A stretch of 64,000 nucleotides of DNA. It comes from the human T2T-CHM13v2.0 reference genome, Homo sapiens. Shown piece after piece: positions 60,893-64,000 of this stretch (positions are counted from its first letter, which is position 1; each line of letters opens with the position of its first letter). The stretch lies in assembly GCF_009914755.1 (NCBI RefSeq), contig NC_060942.1; one strand, written 5' to 3'. The translations under genes and the position numbers were made by a program. The notes beneath the pieces were generated by a model that did not search any database, was not told where the DNA came from, and saw only the letters and a list, made by a program, of their open reading frames with translations.

Positions 60893-62295
60893 CTGTTGAT
60901 GAAAAAGCCAAACTCTGTAAAATATTTAGAGATTTATTCTTAACCAATATGAGTGACCATGGTCAAGGGAACAGTCTTAGAAGGTCTGGAGAAAGTGAGG
61001 TGGTTGGATTACAGCTTGGTTTATACTTTTTATGGAGACAAAAGTTACAGGCAAAGACATAAATCAATACATGTGTCAGAGGCTTTTGAATCAGAGAGAC
61101 TCCATCTTGAATAGGGGCATGGTAAAATAAGGGTGAGACCTACTGGGCTGCATTCCCAGGAGGTTAGGCATTCTTAAACTCACAAGATGAGATAGGAGGT
61201 TGGCATGAGATGCAGGTCATGCAGACCTTGCTGATAACACAGGTTGCAGTAGAGAAGCTGGTCAAGACCCCCGAAAACCAAGATGGCAACGAGAGTGATT
61301 TCTGGTCTTCTTCACTGCTACACTCCCACTAGCACCAGGACAGTTTACAAATGCCATGGCAATATCAGGAAGTTACCCTATATGGTCTAAAATGGGAGTC
61401 ATGAATAATCCACCCCTTGTTTAGTATATCATCCAGAAATAACCACAAAAATGGGCAAACAGCAGCCCTTGAAGCTGCCCTGCCTATGATGTAGCTATTC
61501 TCTATTCCTTTACCTTCACTTTACTGTATGGACTCACCCTGAATTCTTTCTTGCACAAGTCCAAGAGTTCTCCCTTGGGGTCTGGATCCTGACCTCTTTC
61601 CAGTAACACATGTAAGGTATACATTGGTTGGCCCAAAGTTGTGGAATATTTCAAAGTGGGGACTTACAGGTAATAGGTGAATTCAAGGATTTTCTGATCA
61701 GCACTTGGTTGAAAGAATTTAGCTTTGTCTAAAGACAGTAGAAAGAAATGCTTGAGTTAAGAAAAGGAAGGTTATGGAAGCCAAGGTTCTTGTTATGTAG
61801 ATGAAGCCTCTAGGTAGTATTCTTCAGAGAGAATAGATGGTCAATGTCTCTTTTCAGATTTTAAATAGAGTCCAACTCAGTTAAATCTCCTCTAGACCTG
61901 GCAAAGACCTAGAAAGGGAAAGAGATTCTAAAGATGCAAAATTTTACCCCACAAAAGGCTTTGCAGGGCCATTTCAACATATGTCAGATAAATATATTTT
62001 GAAGTAAAGTGTGTTAATTTCTTTCAGGGTCTGCTGTCATGTGATGCTATACCAGAGTCAAGCTGGAATTTGGCATCTTAGTGCCAAAGGGTCTGTTTCA
62101 TCCATGAAGGGATGTCTATTTTAATGTTAATGCTGGTAAGTTTTGCCTAAACTCCAAAAAAAGAAGGGGTATAATGAGGCATGTCTGACCTGTCTTCCTT
62201 TCATGGCCTGGAATTCAGTTTTTTGGGTTTCTTTATGATTTGCTTGGCCCTGAAGGTGGTTCCATTCATTCGGTCTGTTAGAGGGCTTAGAGATT
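60893..62295 (-). mobile_element. MER4-family LTR interrupted by MER41
   Basis: tgttgatgaaaaagccaaactctgtaaaatattt... through ...ttggtttaca. Confidence 0.7.
61074..61608 (+). mobile_element. MER41A-type solo LTR
   Basis: tgtcagaggc...ccagtaaca with 4-bp TSD catg; lacks the MER41B GAS-motif segment. Confidence 0.85.
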
Positions 62296-62937
62296 TTTTT
62301 TTTTTGGTTTACACCTCAGACTCAATTCAAGTCAGCAAATACTTTTAGCACAAAGTATATGCCACACATTGTTTAAAGTGGCATAAAGAACAGATGGTAT
62401 GCCTGGCATGGTCCTGATCTGGAAGGACCTAACCTCTTCCTGCCTCTTCCTGGAATCTGTCTCTGCTTTTCAAATGCCTGCCAGTCTCTGCCTCTCCCTT
62501 CCACTCTATGTCCTGATTTCCTGTGTTCTCCTGTCACTTTCTCTTGTGTTCTCTGTCCTCTCTCTTTTGTTGTAAAATGGCATCAAAATCTTATAATAAA
62601 AATCTATCTCCCATGTTTCTTGAATGACTCTCTACCAATCTCATTATGTTTGTTATAGATGAATATAATATGAGTGATTTTAAAAATATTATTTTATTAA
62701 ATAAATTATGAAAAGTACACAGCAAGGCCTGGGATTGATATGCTCATTTTCAGCCTCAATATTAAATCTCTGGACTGCACAAATGATTACACATTGAACT
62801 AAATGTATGGTTTTATCTTTTGTGCATATAAAGAAAAGTCTTTCATATTATACAATTTGTACCACTTTCTCTTTTTTTTGCACACACACTTCTCCAGCTC
62901 CATTGCCAAACCTCAGCTGTCAATTCTGTTTAGTCCC

Positions 62938-63548
62938 ATTGATGAAAAGAACCAAATTCTAAAATATTTGAAGAGATTCATTCTGAACCATATAGGAGTG
63001 ACCATGGCCCATGACACAGCCCTCAGGAGATCTTGAGAACATGTGCTCAGGGTGGTTGGGGTGTGGCTTGGTTTTATACATTTTAGGGAGACATGAGACT
63101 TCAATCACACACATTTAAGAAGTACATTGGTTTGGTCAAGGAAGGTGAAGTGTGAGGAGGGTGGGGGGTTGGGTGGCGGTGGGGGTCCAGGTTATAGGTA
63201 GATTCAAAAATTTTCTGACTGGCTATTGGTTAAGTTCATATAAAGACCTGCGATCAATAGAAAGGAAATGTCTCAGTTAAGATAAGGAATTATGGAGGTC
63301 AAAGTTCTTATTATGAAGATGAAAGCTTCAGGCAGTAGGCTTTAGAGAGAATAGATTGTAAGTGTTTCTTATCAGACTTATGGTCTGTGTTGATGTTAAT
63401 GCTGGAGAGTATAATGAGGCAGGTCCGACCCCCACTCCCTGTCATGGCCTGAACCAGTTTCTCATGTTAAATTTTAAGAGTGCCCTGGCCTAGGAGGAAT
63501 TCTATTCAGATAACTAGGGAACCTTAGAATTTTATTTTTGGTTTATAT
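62938..63548 (-). mobile_element. Second MER4-family LTR
   Basis: Similar to 60893-62295 (gagtgaccatgg, gtataatgaggca, ttggtttata end). Confidence 0.7.
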
Positions 63549-64000
63549 TCCAAACTCAATTTTACTGAAAAAAAAAAGACATCAAATGATAAGGTCATTG
63601 TATTAACACTGAATAGGTCTAATTTCTTTCATTGCTGGTTTGTTGTGCCTGTGGAATAAGAAAGTGGGTCTGAGATTGTGTTTGGTGGTGCTGGTGTCAG
63701 GCCCTGGGCAGTGATGTCCCACCCGGGCCTGGAGACACTGAGCATCCCAGGGAGAGGGCGTAGGAGCGGCTTAACAGAGGTCCTGAGCAGAAGATGGGCT
63801 GGCGTCTGTGCTGAGGCATGGACACGGCCTCCTCTGGGTCAGACTTTGACAAAGATGCACTGAAATTAGCACAGCCCTTATGTGGGTCTTGGGAGGCCGA
63901 GGCTGTCTGATTGATGGATCAGCATGTCCCGGATGTAGCTGTTTGGACAGAGAAGACACTGCGTCCTGTCCACTGGCCTCCCAAGCGTCCTGGCAGGATT

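Noticed and set aside
61074-61608. MER41 as an interferon-inducible STAT1 enhancer
   Set aside because: The sequence runs ...tctaaaatgggagtcatgaataatcc... and lacks the tandem TTCCnGGAA segment of MER41B; it is MER41A-like.

Overview
Primate (human-like) DNA with the layout of a pericentromeric segmental-duplication mosaic. The 3' coding exons of ANKRD30B (NY-BR-1.1) followed by a partial FGF7 copy fit human 18p11.21; this placement is recalled, not database-checked. In order: (1) six 3' exons of ANKRD30B on + (485-11458), with two alternative C-termini; (2) a minus-strand polyadenylated unique segment joined to a 5'-truncated SVA_A-type element whose VNTR is ~3.8 kb with a higher-order duplication; (3) an old L1 interrupted by Alus and by a polyadenylated MaLR fragment; (4) a pyrimidine-rich repeat and a ~590-bp palindrome carrying six CCAAT boxes (REP522-like bidirectional promoter); (5) an interstitial TAR1 plus degenerate (TTAGGG)n tract fused to an L1; (6) an unprocessed FGF7/KGF pseudogene on - with a dead splice acceptor and a frameshift; (7) Alu, MADE1, MER1B, THE1, MLT1, MER4 and MER41 repeats. 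Most supplied ORFs are repeat artefacts. I found no wholly new system. The best leads are how the ANKRD30B 3' end was rebuilt, the probable SVA 3' transduction, the palindromic promoter and the fossil telomere.
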